From Ostreococcus lucimarinus (taxonomy: Eukaryota), in the NCBI GenBank assembly GCA_000092065.1, contig CP000591.1: 64,000 bases of DNA. One strand, 5' to 3'. Numbering within the stretch: the stretch's first letter is position 1; every line of letters starts with the position of its first letter. Position numbers and translations under genes: made by a program. Below are positions 8,890 to 19,086 of the stretch, piece by piece. The notes under the pieces are model-generated. The model made no database searches. It was not told where the DNA came from and worked only from the letters and a program-made list of their open reading frames with translations.

Positions 8890-11292
8890 TTACAAATCGT
8901 CGTCGGAATCGATCCAAGGCGGACGCGGGACGACGAGGGGATTGGGTTCGGGCGCGGCGTTCGGTTTGGCGGTGACGTGGACGTATCGGGAGAGTAAAGC
9001 GCCGCGGAGGATGTCGTCGTCGGCGACGGCGGCGGCGGCGGCGGCGCTCGGCGGTTCGGGGGCGTCGGCGAGGTCTGCGCGCGACGTCGGGTCGAACGAG
9101 CGTTCGGAGTCCGTCATCGCGATGATACTCGGCGGTATGGGAGCGTTTGTGAGGTCCTCGCTCGAGGCGGCGGCGGCGGCGGCGAGCCGACGCGCGCGAA
9201 GCGTCGCGGAGCCCAAGCGTCGATGGGACCTTTCCGACGCGGTTTCGCTCGTCGTGTCGCTCGTCGTCTTGAACTTTCGCCTAGGTTTCACGGACACGGC
9301 CTCAGAGGCTTCGGAATCGGAGTCGCCGCGCGTTGGTGACGGTGGATTCTTCGCGCGCGGCGCGGAAGCGCGAAGTCGCGGATTCTCGTTCGCCCGTCGC
9401 CACGCGTCTTCGAGTTCTTTTTGTTTGTCAGCCAGATCCATCAAGTCCAGGTTCAGCGTTCGGCTGATCTCTCGGATCTCCGTCGAGAGCGTATCCATGC
9501 GCTTCAGCAGGTCGTCGTCTGCGCCACTCGTCGTCGCGATGATGGATGCAATTTCTCTTCTCACCGCCTCTCTCGTCGCCGCCTCTTTCGTCGCCGCGTG
9601 CTCGATGTCTTCCTCCCATTTTTGCTCACGAACGTCGATAGCGAACTGGAGCTTGGCGAACTGTGCGTTCACTGACGCCATCTCACCTTTCGCTGCATCT
9701 AAGAGCTGCTGCGCCTCCTCGCACGTGATGGCGGTGTCGAGTTTTGCAAGGTGCGCGTCCGCGTCTACGGCGGCGGCGCGGTCGGCTTTCAGCTGTTCAA
9801 TTTCTTTCTCGAGCGCGACGACGTGCGCATCGTACGCACGCTTACTCGACTCCATGTGCTCGTTCAATCGATCCATCTCTTCGATCGCCTTCGACTCTAC
9901 GAACCGCACGCGCTCCGACGCCTTAGTGGCGAGCGACGCGTACTCTTCGCCGAATTTGTTCAACGCCTGTTCCATGCGCTCGATGACTTTACTCTTTTTT
10001 CGCCCGCTCGAACGTTCGGCTTCGAGCGCTTTTACGACTAACCGTAAATGTCTCGGCGCAGCATCGCGCTCGTGCGCGCGTAGCTCCGTCTCCGCGCCGA
10101 CTTCTAGACAGCCGAATGCGGCGAACGCGCACGGCTTGCTCGCCCCGACGCAAAAGAATTCTTGGTGGGCGTCAAACGCTCTCGTACGCACCATGGCGCG
10201 GCATCGAGGACAAGGCCGTCTAGACTCTTCACACTTCACCGCGTGTATCGATGCGTGCATTGCGTTAACCACGGCATCGCAGCTCGGACAGTGCCACGGG
10301 CGAAAGTCGCAATCTGTCCTGTGTGAGTCGATGGCGTCACGCTCGCATCCGTACAAGCAGCCGTTGCCGTCCTCGTGCTGCAAGTTAATAAATCCACACT
10401 TGATGTACTCCCGAGGGCAGATCTCACGGTGTTCGGCGAGCTCACGTCGTTTACCATCCCACTCGCACTCGTTCGGGCATTTCACGAGCGCGCTCGGGCA
10501 CGTCAACGCGTGCTGCGTCATCTTACAAAACGGCACAACGTCTTCGCAACCCTTGACGTCGCACTTCACCGACCGCCACGCGCATTCACTCACGTGACTC
10601 ACGTAGGCAATCTTCGTCACGATCGCGCCGCAGTAATCCCTCCCCTTTCGCGCCTCGTTCGCCTCGCACTCCACGCGCGAGTCGTACGGATACCAACATC
10701 GTCTCGGCACGAAGGCGCACTCGCGATCGTGCACGTCTCGTAAACGCAACCGAATACCGCTCTCACCGCACCCATCCGCCTTCCAGCACCACTCACTCGC
10801 GCCCTGCGCGTTTCGCTTCAACACCATCGCGCGTCTGCACAGCACGGGCAACGACTGAATCGCATCCTCGACCTCGGCGTCCTCCGCGAGCGCGTCCTCC
10901 GCGTCCTCCCTCGGCGCGCACTTCGCGCAATACGTCGTCCCGTTCTCCGCCACCACGGGCGACAGCATCACGTCTCGACACTGCGGACACACCAAGCTCG
11001 CGTGCGGAAACCCCACGAAAACCGTCGGCGCGTGTTCGAGCGCGTCGTCCTCCGCGGCTTCCTCCGCGTCGTCGCCGCGCGTCGCCGCCGTCGAATCCTC
11101 GCCCGCGGTCTCCATCCTCCCCGACGTCATCGCCGCCCCTCCGCGCGCGTCGACGCCATCCAGCGTCGCGCCCGCGTCGCGCCGCGCCCGTCCGAGCGCG
11201 CCGCGCGCCGTCCACGGCGTCGCGCGGTTCGTTGACATCCAAAAATCCGTTCCATTGCCTCGCGCGTCCCGAAGCCTCACGAGCCCGCCCAT
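8890..11292 (-). CDS. TRAF-type zinc-finger protein with a long coiled-coil and an S/R/A-rich C-terminus
   Basis: Cys/His clusters CPQCRDVMLSPVV..YCAKC, CPNECEWDGKRRELAEHREICPREYIKC and HRTDCDFRPWHCPSCDAVVNAMHASIHAVKCEE. Then a heptad-rich region (LEKEIEQLKADRAAAVDADAHLAKLD...). ATG at 11292. Confidence 0.6.
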   Translation of the reverse strand: MGGLVRLRDARGNGTDFWMSTNRATPWTARGALGRARRDAGATLDGVDARGGAAMTSGRMETAGEDSTAATRGDDAEEAAEDDALEHAPTVFVGFPHASLVCPQCRDVMLSPVVAENGTTYCAKCAPREDAEDALAEDAEVEDAIQSLPVLCRRAMVLKRNAQGASEWCWKADGCGESGIRLRLRDVHDRECAFVPRRCWYPYDSRVECEANEARKGRDYCGAIVTKIAYVSHVSECAWRSVKCDVKGCEDVVPFCKMTQHALTCPSALVKCPNECEWDGKRRELAEHREICPREYIKCGFINLQHEDGNGCLYGCERDAIDSHRTDCDFRPWHCPSCDAVVNAMHASIHAVKCEESRRPCPRCRAMVRTRAFDAHQEFFCVGASKPCAFAAFGCLEVGAETELRAHERDAAPRHLRLVVKALEAERSSGRKKSKVIERMEQALNKFGEEYASLATKASERVRFVESKAIEEMDRLNEHMESSKRAYDAHVVALEKEIEQLKADRAAAVDADAHLAKLDTAITCEEAQQLLDAAKGEMASVNAQFAKLQFAIDVREQKWEEDIEHAATKEAATREAVRREIASIIATTSGADDDLLKRMDTLSTEIREISRTLNLDLMDLADKQKELEDAWRRANENPRLRASAPRAKNPPSPTRGDSDSEASEAVSVKPRRKFKTTSDTTSETASERSHRRLGSATLRARRLAAAAAASSEDLTNAPIPPSIIAMTDSERSFDPTSRADLADAPEPPSAAAAAAVADDDILRGALLSRYVHVTAKPNAAPEPNPLVVPRPPWIDSDDDL

Positions 11293-11753
11293 GGCGCGCG
11301 CGCCGCGTCGCGCGTCGCGCTCGCGCGCGCTCGCGCGGTCCGTCGCGACGTCGCGGTTCGCGCGACGCCCGCGCGACGCGCGCGCGTCTGACGGTCGCGC
11401 GCCGGCGCACCGGCCTCGAGTCCCCCCGTTCTCGAATCAAGACTCGTCAAATGATGGGCGTTTCGAGTTTGATGGGCGTTTCGAGCGCGCAATACGTGGA
11501 GCGAGGCGCGCGCGCGCGGACGGCGCGAAGTCTCGCCTCAGTGCGCGTCGCGACGCCATCGCGCCGCCGACACGCCGCCGCGCGACGCGTCGATTTCCAC
11601 GCCACCGCGAGACGGCGCCGCGCGACCGCGAACGCCCTCGAGCGACGCGCATTCGAACGAATTCTCGAACCCTATTGATCCCCGCGATCGACCGCGCATT
11701 CCGTGGAATCGCATTCGCGACGCGTTCACCGACGAAACGCGCGATTCGGCGTC

Positions 11754-13492
11754 ATGTCGCTCACGAGCGATGAGATGAATTATTTGGTGTATCGATATTT
11801 GCTCGAAAGTGGGTTCACGCACGCGGCGTTCGCGCTCGGGAACGAGAGCTACGTCGATGGGCGAAAGTTGACCGACGGCCAACGCGAGGTTCCCCCGGGG
11901 GCGTTGATCTCGTTCGTGCAGAAGGGGTTGCAGTACTGCGAGCTCGAGGCGAATCTGAATGAGGTGCGTGAAGTGATGACGCGCGCGCGCGACGCGGGAG
12001 GCGGGCGGAACGGGGCGCGCGGGACGACGCGGGCGCGCGACGCGTCGACGCGCGCGAGCGAGGAAATGTTAAAAATTAAACGCGGACGAACGCGCGGCGA
12101 CGGTGCGCGGATGACTGACGGTGTCGGTGACGGTTTTATTTCGTTATGTAGGATGGTACGGATGTTGACGCCGATTTTAGCGTGCTGAGCGCTAAGGATT
12201 TGCTGTCGCTGAGCGTGGACGAGTTGAAGGAACTCGTCTCCGCGCGGAGAAATATGACAGAGGAGGAGCGCAAGGCATTGAGGGAGGAGGAAGAGAAGGA
12301 GGCGCGCGCCAAGGCGGAGGCGAATGGGATCAAGATCGAGAGTGATATTGAGCGAGAGATCAAGTCGGAGGAAGTGACGGTGTTGGATGGACACACGAGC
12401 GAGGTTTTCATATGCGCGTGGAACCCGACGAAGCAAATGCTGGCGAGCGGTAGCGGAGACAGCACGGCGCGGGTGTGGACCGTGCCGGCTGGGCCGTCCG
12501 GGCGCGAGGCACAGACGAAGTTGGCGAAGCCGAAGGTGCTGGATCACAAAGCGAGCGGTGATGGCGTCGAGGCGATGGATACAGACGAGAAGAGCGCGGC
12601 GCCCGACGGCAAGTCGATGCAAGGCGACGTCACCACGCTCGACTGGAACGCGGACGGTACTCTGCTCGCGACTGGCTCGTACGATGGCCAGGCACGCATT
12701 TGGGATACGAATGGCAAGCTAAAAATGAGCTTGAAGCATCACAAGGGCCCGATTTTCTCCCTCAAGTGGAACAAGACGGGCGACTGCTTGCTCAGCGGTT
12801 CCGTGGACAAGACGGCTATCGTGTGGGACGCGAAGACGGGCGACATGAAGCAGCAGTTCGCGTTCCACTCCGCGCCCACACTTGATGTGGACTGGCGAAG
12901 CCCCACGGAGTTCGCCACGTCTTCCATGGATCACTCCATCTACGTGTGCAAACTTGGGGACGACAAGCCCATCAAGGCGTTCAACGGGCACACTGACGAG
13001 GTGAACGCCATCAAGTGGGATCCGAGCGGAACGCTCCTCGCGTCTTGCTCGGACGACTTCACGGCAAAAGTGTGGAGCTTGAAGAAGGATACGTGCGTGC
13101 ACGACTTCAACGAGCACGAGAAGGAAATATATACCATCAAATGGAGCCCCACGGGCCCCGGCACGGAGAATCCCGACCTCCCGCTCCTTCTCGCCACCGC
13201 GTCGTACGACGCCACCATCAAGCTTTGGGACGTGGAGTCCGGTAAGTGTTTGCACACGTTGGAAGGTCACACTGACCCGGTGTACTCCGTCGCCTTTAGT
13301 CCCGACGGCAAGTACCTCGCGAGCGGTTCTTTCGATAAGCACTTGCACATTTGGAACGTAAAGGATGGGAGCTTGATGCGAACGTATCAAGGAGAGGGTG
13401 GTATTTTCGAGGTTTGCTGGAACAAGGAAGGGACCAAAGTCGCCGCTTGCTTTTCGAATAATAGGGTGTCTGTCCTGGATTTCGAGAATTAG
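11754..13492 (+). CDS. TBL1/TBLR1-like transducin-beta-like protein (LisH + WD40). Two exons, 11754-11963 and 12152-13492.
   Basis: Exon 1 [34 protein letters not shown]...[19 protein letters not shown] (LisH). Exon 2 [20 protein letters not shown]...[13 protein letters not shown]...[13 protein letters not shown] plus WD40 repeats to the stop. The junction ...CELEANLNE|DGTDV... reproduces the conserved TBL1 sequence. Confidence 0.85.
11964..12151 (+). other. Intron of the TBL1-like gene (188 nt, phase 0, GTGCGT...TGTAG)
   Basis: Donor GTGCGT at 11964 and acceptor AG at 12150-12151 join two ORFs in different frames into a contiguous conserved protein. Confidence 0.8.
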
Positions 13493-13568
13493 CGCGAGTT
13501 AGCGGAGAGAGAAGTTTTTTTAATTCGAATGGTCGATTCCAGAAAATTTCATTCCATTATTCATCGCA

Positions 13569-15401
13569 TCACGGCCGAGGCGTCGAATACACGTCCCACA
13601 GCGCGTGCGCGTCGTCGAGCGATTCCTGCGGTACCGCGCACACGTCCTTGATGAACGCTATCTTTCCATCATCGCATTTCCACTCCTCGAAACGCTCACG
13701 CAAGATGTGCCCCGTCATTTTCGTCCGCCGCGTGTCGTCTCTCAAGTGTTGCGAGACGAAGACGGCCCACTCGCACCGTCCTCGCTCAGGCATACCAAGA
13801 AGCTGCGTCGCGAAGGCGACGGTGATTTCGTCCGCCAACGCGTCCATGCCCTCGCCCTCTAGCACACCGATCGCGTTTAAGACGCCGAATAGGTGCCAAG
13901 CAAGCGACGCGTTCAAGACGTCATCCGAGTACGTGAGCGGGTGAAACGCCACGCGCACCTCCGCCGTGCTCGGCGACCCGCCTTCGTCCTCGGTGGACGC
14001 GGCGAGGGCGAGAATGTTGAACGCCACGTCGCGCAAGTGTGTCGCTTGGTTCGCGTCGAGTGCTTCGTAAGTCGCAACCGGCGGCAGCGGGTTCGCCGCG
14101 CGCTGTTGCGCGACGGCGTCGAGGTAGTTCTTCACCACGTCGCGCAGCGGCGACGTCGGTCCGGCGGCGAGCCACATGTGTAAGCCTAAGTTTTGATACC
14201 AACCCATCCCGTCATCGTCGCGCTCGACCTCACCGGCGAGAAGCTTGAATGCTTGCTCGCTGAACTCGTCGATGTACTTGCCCACCGACCCCGCGCGCCA
14301 GCGCGTGAGCTGTTGCTTGGCGTAGAACGCCACGTTTTTGCCGGCGCCGATTTGCGCCAAACACGTCGCCAAACGCGGATCTCCGTGCGCTGCCGCAGCG
14401 CGTGCAGCGCTCACGGTTCGACCACCGGCGACGTGCGTTAACGCCGCACGTCTACCGAACAGCTCTTCCTCGCAAGGCGCAGCGCGCGCGACTTGTTCTC
14501 GCAACCAAGCGCTCACGCCGGCGCGTCTTCGGTGCACCTCCGCCGCGGTGCCTCGAGACGCCCCGAGCTTGTCCTCGGCGAACAACTCACTCACGAGCGC
14601 CCACGCGCTGACTTCCGCCGCCGCGCGATCGCGCGCGACGACGTCGTCGCCATTACTATTCGCTAACGCCTCAACCACGGCCTCCAACTGTCGCAAGCAC
14701 GTCGCGGCGATGCCATACGGTTTCGATTCCGTCGACTCGCGCGAGCACGCCTGACGCAATCCCCCACTCGCGCGTCGCACCGACTGATCCAGGGCCACCT
14801 CCAGCGCACCCACGACGCCCGCAAACGTCATCTTCGTCCGAACCGCGCACGCGACGACGCCGTCGTCTCCGATCGCCGGCGTCGCCAACGCGCCGCGCGC
14901 GCCGAACGCGGCGCCGCGAGACCCCGCGAGCGCGCCGTACGCGTCCACCCCTCCCACCGACGCCTCCCGCGTCGCCGGCGCCGCGCGCGTCGACGCATAC
15001 CGCATCGACGCCGTCGCTCGCATCGCGTGTCCGAGCGCTCTCGCCATGGGCGGCGGCCGAGGCCTCGCGACCGCGTCGCCGCGCGCTTCGTTTGAATCCG
15101 TCTCCAACGCGCGCGCCTCATTTTCACCGTCATCCACGGATAAGAACGCCCCGAACGCGTCCGCGGTGGAGGTCTGACGCGCGCGCAACGCTTCGAGCGC
15201 GTCCTCGTGCGCGCGCAGCGCTTCCGCGGTGGCGCGCGAGTCGTAAAGGTCTACGATCGCATCGTCGCGCGCGTCTTCATCCATGAAATCGTCGCCGTCG
15301 ACGCGCTTCGCGAGACGACGCGCGCCGACGACGCCGAGCGGGACGTCGTCATCGTCCGAGACGTCGCTGTCGGCGTCGAGGAGACCGACGCGCGTGGCCA
15401 T
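13569..15401 (-). CDS. Conserved hypothetical protein (possibly a nucleoporin Nup96-like alpha-helical domain; identity not established)
   Basis: 610-codon ORF with an acidic N-terminus and a C-terminal helical region (ATCLAQIGAGKNVAFYAKQQLTRW...LAWHLFGVLNAIGVLEGEGMDALADEITVAFATQLLG). The nucleoporin assignment is only an impression. Confidence 0.45.
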   Translation of the reverse strand: MATRVGLLDADSDVSDDDDVPLGVVGARRLAKRVDGDDFMDEDARDDAIVDLYDSRATAEALRAHEDALEALRARQTSTADAFGAFLSVDDGENEARALETDSNEARGDAVARPRPPPMARALGHAMRATASMRYASTRAAPATREASVGGVDAYGALAGSRGAAFGARGALATPAIGDDGVVACAVRTKMTFAGVVGALEVALDQSVRRASGGLRQACSRESTESKPYGIAATCLRQLEAVVEALANSNGDDVVARDRAAAEVSAWALVSELFAEDKLGASRGTAAEVHRRRAGVSAWLREQVARAAPCEEELFGRRAALTHVAGGRTVSAARAAAAHGDPRLATCLAQIGAGKNVAFYAKQQLTRWRAGSVGKYIDEFSEQAFKLLAGEVERDDDGMGWYQNLGLHMWLAAGPTSPLRDVVKNYLDAVAQQRAANPLPPVATYEALDANQATHLRDVAFNILALAASTEDEGGSPSTAEVRVAFHPLTYSDDVLNASLAWHLFGVLNAIGVLEGEGMDALADEITVAFATQLLGMPERGRCEWAVFVSQHLRDDTRRTKMTGHILRERFEEWKCDDGKIAFIKDVCAVPQESLDDAHALWDVYSTPRP

Positions 15402-15528
15402 GGCGCGACGGCGTCTGCGGGGGACGACGCGCGACGCGGCGGTTCGGTCGCGGTTTCAAACGGTGGCGTCGCGCGGCGCGTGCGGTGCGTGTTTCCGCGG
15501 TGTCTGCGTTTGCTTGAATGAAATCACA

Positions 15529-18500
15529 TCACGGAGCGATGGTGTCTAAAGCCATGTAGGTATCGCACCAGGCGGTGTGCAGGGCGCTCGGTTCCGTCGC
15601 GTCGCGAATCGGCGGTACGCCGCGGCCGCGATACGCCGCGCGCGTGAGCTTTTCCACTTCCTCCGGCGGTCGTTCGTTCGCTAAGTTATCCCAATCGATG
15701 TCGCAGAGCAGCGCGGATCGCTTGACTAATGTGGCGTCGTGCATGCGGTCTTTTGGGTTGACCACGAGAAGCGCGCGAGCCAAGGCGACGGCTTTGGGAT
15801 CGGCGTCGCCGCGGAAGATCGTGGATAAATCGCACCGACAAATTGACTCGTACGTCTTGTGCGTGACTTTCATCCCGAACGGTGGCGTCCCGTTGAGTAA
15901 GTGCACGATGAACGTCCCGAGCGAAAACCAGTCCGCGCGTTCGTCGTGGCCGACGCCGCGAACGACTTCGGGCGCCATGTACGCCGCGGCGCCGCACGCC
16001 GTAAACGTCTTTCCGGGCGTGTCGTCCGTCACCGCGAGATGTTTAGCGAAGCGGAAGTCAGTCAACCGCAGCGCGCCGTGCTGATCGATCGTCATCGTCT
16101 CCGGGTCCATTCCTCGGAATACGATGTCCATGGCGTGGACGTACTCGAACACGAGCGTAAACGCGGCGACGTAGTACTTGACGACTTCGGGCTTGGAGCC
16201 GCCGCCGCACGCGATGACAGCTTCGAGCGCACATCTCGGCGCGAATGGGTACGGAATGGAGATGAAACTCGAGTCTTTCGATGGGATGGCGGGTATGGGA
16301 ATGAATGCCGGCGGCTTGGCTGAGCCCGCCGTGAGCATTGTGATGATGGCGCGCTCGCGCAACACGCCCTCGACTCGCGCGAGCGATTCTGTTCTCGCGA
16401 GCGAGATCTGCACCGTCGCCTCCTTAGACGCCCCCTTCGTTTCGCGCAAGTGACCGAGCAACGTCATGTACAGCGCCTCACGCGAGGCTCGCTCGTCGTC
16501 CCCGAAACTTAATCGCCGCTCGTGCGGATCTAAAGCGCGCTGGGGCGATCGGATGCGTTCCATCGACGACGATCGCTCGAGAGTGGCGCTCGACGTCCGC
16601 ACGATCGCCTCGGTTCCGGTGACGTTTGTTATATCGGTCAGCTTAACGCGCCATACCTCAACGTCGTCGCTGATGGCTTGAATATTAGTCGCACACGGCG
16701 CGCCACTTCTCGAGAGAAGCGCGCGTTCACCAAAATATTGCCCACTCGTCAACTTGAGCACCACCCTCGGCGTCTCGCTCTCGTCGCGCGCATTCGCACG
16801 CACGGTGCACGACACATCCCCCCTACTGATGATGTACATAGCATTTATCTGCTGTCCCTGACGCGCGATGAGCTCGCTTGTTTGAGCCTTTACGAGAGAT
16901 TTCCCGCGCTTATCGACGATGTTCGTGGCGATTCGGCGCAAGTCGCTGATGCTCACGGCTTTCAGCGCGTCCACGCCGCGCAGCGCGCTCGTGAGCGTGT
17001 TTACGCTCGGCTCGTCGTCCTCGCGCATGAGACGCGTGTAAGTGGCGAAGTCAAGCACCCAGAGGACCACGTCACTGTTCGCGGTGACGGTCTCGTGCGG
17101 ATTTTGGGCGTGCGCCATGCACTGTTCGTTGAAGCACATTCTGTCGCCGCCTTTGCCATACGTTCGCACCTTGACGGCTTCCTTCTTCTCCGCATTCTCG
17201 TCTCCCTCGTTCTCGACCCACGCGACGTTGTCGCGCCCCGTGAGAGTGCCACTCTGTACGGCATAAAGCGCACGCAGCGAATACTTGTCGTTTTGCGTCA
17301 CGACGACATCGCCGTCGTACACTCTTTTCCTGTACATCGCCTCCGCGACTTCGTTCAAAATCGCATCCGAGACGCCGATAAATAAGAATGATTGCTTGAG
17401 AATCGATAATAACGCCGATTTGTCCTCCGCGGTGGCGATGGACAGATCTCCCATCTGCTCTTCCAGTGAACCTCTCGTGTTGAACGAGATATCGGACGGT
17501 AAACCGTAAGGGTGCACCACGCGATAACTGCGGCGCGTTTGCATGGTGAACGACGGCACGACGCGACGTCGAGGTCTCGCCGACGTTGGGAACGGCGACG
17601 AGAGCTGGTTCGCGCGATCGGGAAAGTTGAACAGCGCACTGACGCTCACGGACTTTCTCGGCGTGACGGGATCGGGATCGGGATGGGTTTCGTCCGGGAA
17701 GTCTTCAATCAAGATGACGATGACGGTGATGTCGTCCGTGCGCGTCTCGTATTGAAGCCAGAGCTTGTACGATTCCACCACGAGCGCGATTGCGCTCTGC
17801 TGTGGATCGCTCGTCGCCATCGCGGCTTTGATCACGCTTGTGGACGGAATGAATTCGAAAACTCCATCTGAAGCGATCACGATCGCCTTCGTGTCTTTGT
17901 TCAAGCGCACGCGCTCGATTTCCGGCGTCGCGACGACGCCGATGCGCTCGGCGACGGCGTCGCCTATGGAACGAGTAAACGCCGTGCCAGGATACATCCC
18001 ATTCTTCGCCCACAGTCGCGGGGGATCGCCATCGTCGTCTTGCTCCGTCCCCCAACACTGCACGGTGGGATCTTTGAACCCCTCGAGCTGATCGAGCGTC
18101 ATCACGCGCGCGCCCGCCTTCTTCACCCGCTCGCACTCATCCGCGCGAAACGGCGTCTGATCCGAACTCAAATCCACCGTCTCCACCACAACCTCTCCCT
18201 TATCGTCCGCCTTCTCTATCCCCATCGTCGCCCGCGAGTCCCCCACGTTTATCACGTACAAATCCCTCCCCTTCACGTGCGCGATGATCCCCGTCGTCCC
18301 GCTCAACGAATCGTCCACCTCGCTCCTTCGCAGCGCCTCGTTCGTCGTTCGAAACGCCTCCTCGTACCCTTTCGCGTCCCCAAACTCTCGCTTCGCCATC
18401 TCCATCGGCACTCTCATCGCCGCGAACCTCGCGCACTCCGTTCCAAACTCCCCGTGTCCGTCGAAGACGCCGAAGACGCACTCGTCGTCGCGATCTCCAA

Positions 18501-18885
18501 ATCTCGCCTCGCTCACGTGCGCGTCCTGGTTCGCCTTGCTCAGCGCCTCTGGGTAGTACCCTCGCTGCGAGCACGCCGCGTATCGCATCGCGTACGACTG
18601 CGCGCGACCGCGTTCGTCCGTGAACGCCACTCGGACCGTCTTCGCGCCCTTGACGCCGGCGAGACGGGCGTTGTATTGCTCCTGCGTCAGCGGGCCGCCG
18701 CGCAGGCGCACTTGGTACCGCACGGGGGCGTCGTCCGTCGGATCGACGCATTCGTCGTCGTCGCGCGCGCGCGCGCGATCGGCGACGGGACGAACGGGGC
18801 GCGCGCGCGATGGAGACGCGGGCGCGCGAGGCGCCGCGTCGCGCGCGGCGCTCGCGGCGTCCGCGGCGGAGGACGCGCATCCCAT
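15529..18885 (-). CDS. Protein phosphatase 2C, two cyclic-nucleotide-binding-like domains and a protein-kinase-like (probably pseudokinase) domain, with an N-terminal MGC acylation motif
   Basis: PP2C motifs FGVFDGHGEFG, VGDSRA, ASDGVFE and DDITVIV. Two CNB-like domains (..YGKGGDRMCFNEQCM.., ..GQYFGERALLS..). The C-terminal kinase fold has YMAPE and DWFSLG, but FRGMDPET replaces HRDLKPEN, DFR replaces DFG and no VAIK lysine is evident. N-terminus MGCASS. Confidence 0.8.
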   Translation of the reverse strand: MGCASSAADAASAARDAAPRAPASPSRARPVRPVADRARARDDDECVDPTDDAPVRYQVRLRGGPLTQEQYNARLAGVKGAKTVRVAFTDERGRAQSYAMRYAACSQRGYYPEALSKANQDAHVSEARFGDRDDECVFGVFDGHGEFGTECARFAAMRVPMEMAKREFGDAKGYEEAFRTTNEALRRSEVDDSLSGTTGIIAHVKGRDLYVINVGDSRATMGIEKADDKGEVVVETVDLSSDQTPFRADECERVKKAGARVMTLDQLEGFKDPTVQCWGTEQDDDGDPPRLWAKNGMYPGTAFTRSIGDAVAERIGVVATPEIERVRLNKDTKAIVIASDGVFEFIPSTSVIKAAMATSDPQQSAIALVVESYKLWLQYETRTDDITVIVILIEDFPDETHPDPDPVTPRKSVSVSALFNFPDRANQLSSPFPTSARPRRRVVPSFTMQTRRSYRVVHPYGLPSDISFNTRGSLEEQMGDLSIATAEDKSALLSILKQSFLFIGVSDAILNEVAEAMYRKRVYDGDVVVTQNDKYSLRALYAVQSGTLTGRDNVAWVENEGDENAEKKEAVKVRTYGKGGDRMCFNEQCMAHAQNPHETVTANSDVVLWVLDFATYTRLMREDDEPSVNTLTSALRGVDALKAVSISDLRRIATNIVDKRGKSLVKAQTSELIARQGQQINAMYIISRGDVSCTVRANARDESETPRVVLKLTSGQYFGERALLSRSGAPCATNIQAISDDVEVWRVKLTDITNVTGTEAIVRTSSATLERSSSMERIRSPQRALDPHERRLSFGDDERASREALYMTLLGHLRETKGASKEATVQISLARTESLARVEGVLRERAIITMLTAGSAKPPAFIPIPAIPSKDSSFISIPYPFAPRCALEAVIACGGGSKPEVVKYYVAAFTLVFEYVHAMDIVFRGMDPETMTIDQHGALRLTDFRFAKHLAVTDDTPGKTFTACGAAAYMAPEVVRGVGHDERADWFSLGTFIVHLLNGTPPFGMKVTHKTYESICRCDLSTIFRGDADPKAVALARALLVVNPKDRMHDATLVKRSALLCDIDWDNLANERPPEEVEKLTRAAYRGRGVPPIRDATEPSALHTAWCDTYMALDTIAP

Positions 18886-19086
18886 GCGCGCGGCGAAGAG
18901 TGCGGCAACGGTTTGGATTTGGAGGCGAGCGGGACGGGACGCGCGAGACGAGACGCGATTCGAATGGATCGAGAGAACCGCGAGGGACGCGCGACGAAAA
19001 GCGCGGATAAGGTGATACTAAGGATGCTACGCGCGCGCGTTCGCGCGAGGGACGAGGGGCGTCGCGACGGCGGTGGACGGGACGAG

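Noticed and set aside
12387-13390. Internal and antisense ORFs inside the WD40 gene (12387-12722 +, 12719-13390 -, 12940-13257 -).
   Set aside because: They fall entirely inside a gene whose reading frame is conserved end to end. They are alternative-frame artefacts.
13569-15401. Assigning the 610-aa protein as nucleoporin Nup96.
   Set aside because: There is only a vague resemblance in the C-terminal helical region. There is no autoproteolytic Nup98 domain and no room upstream for one. The identity is left as hypothetical.
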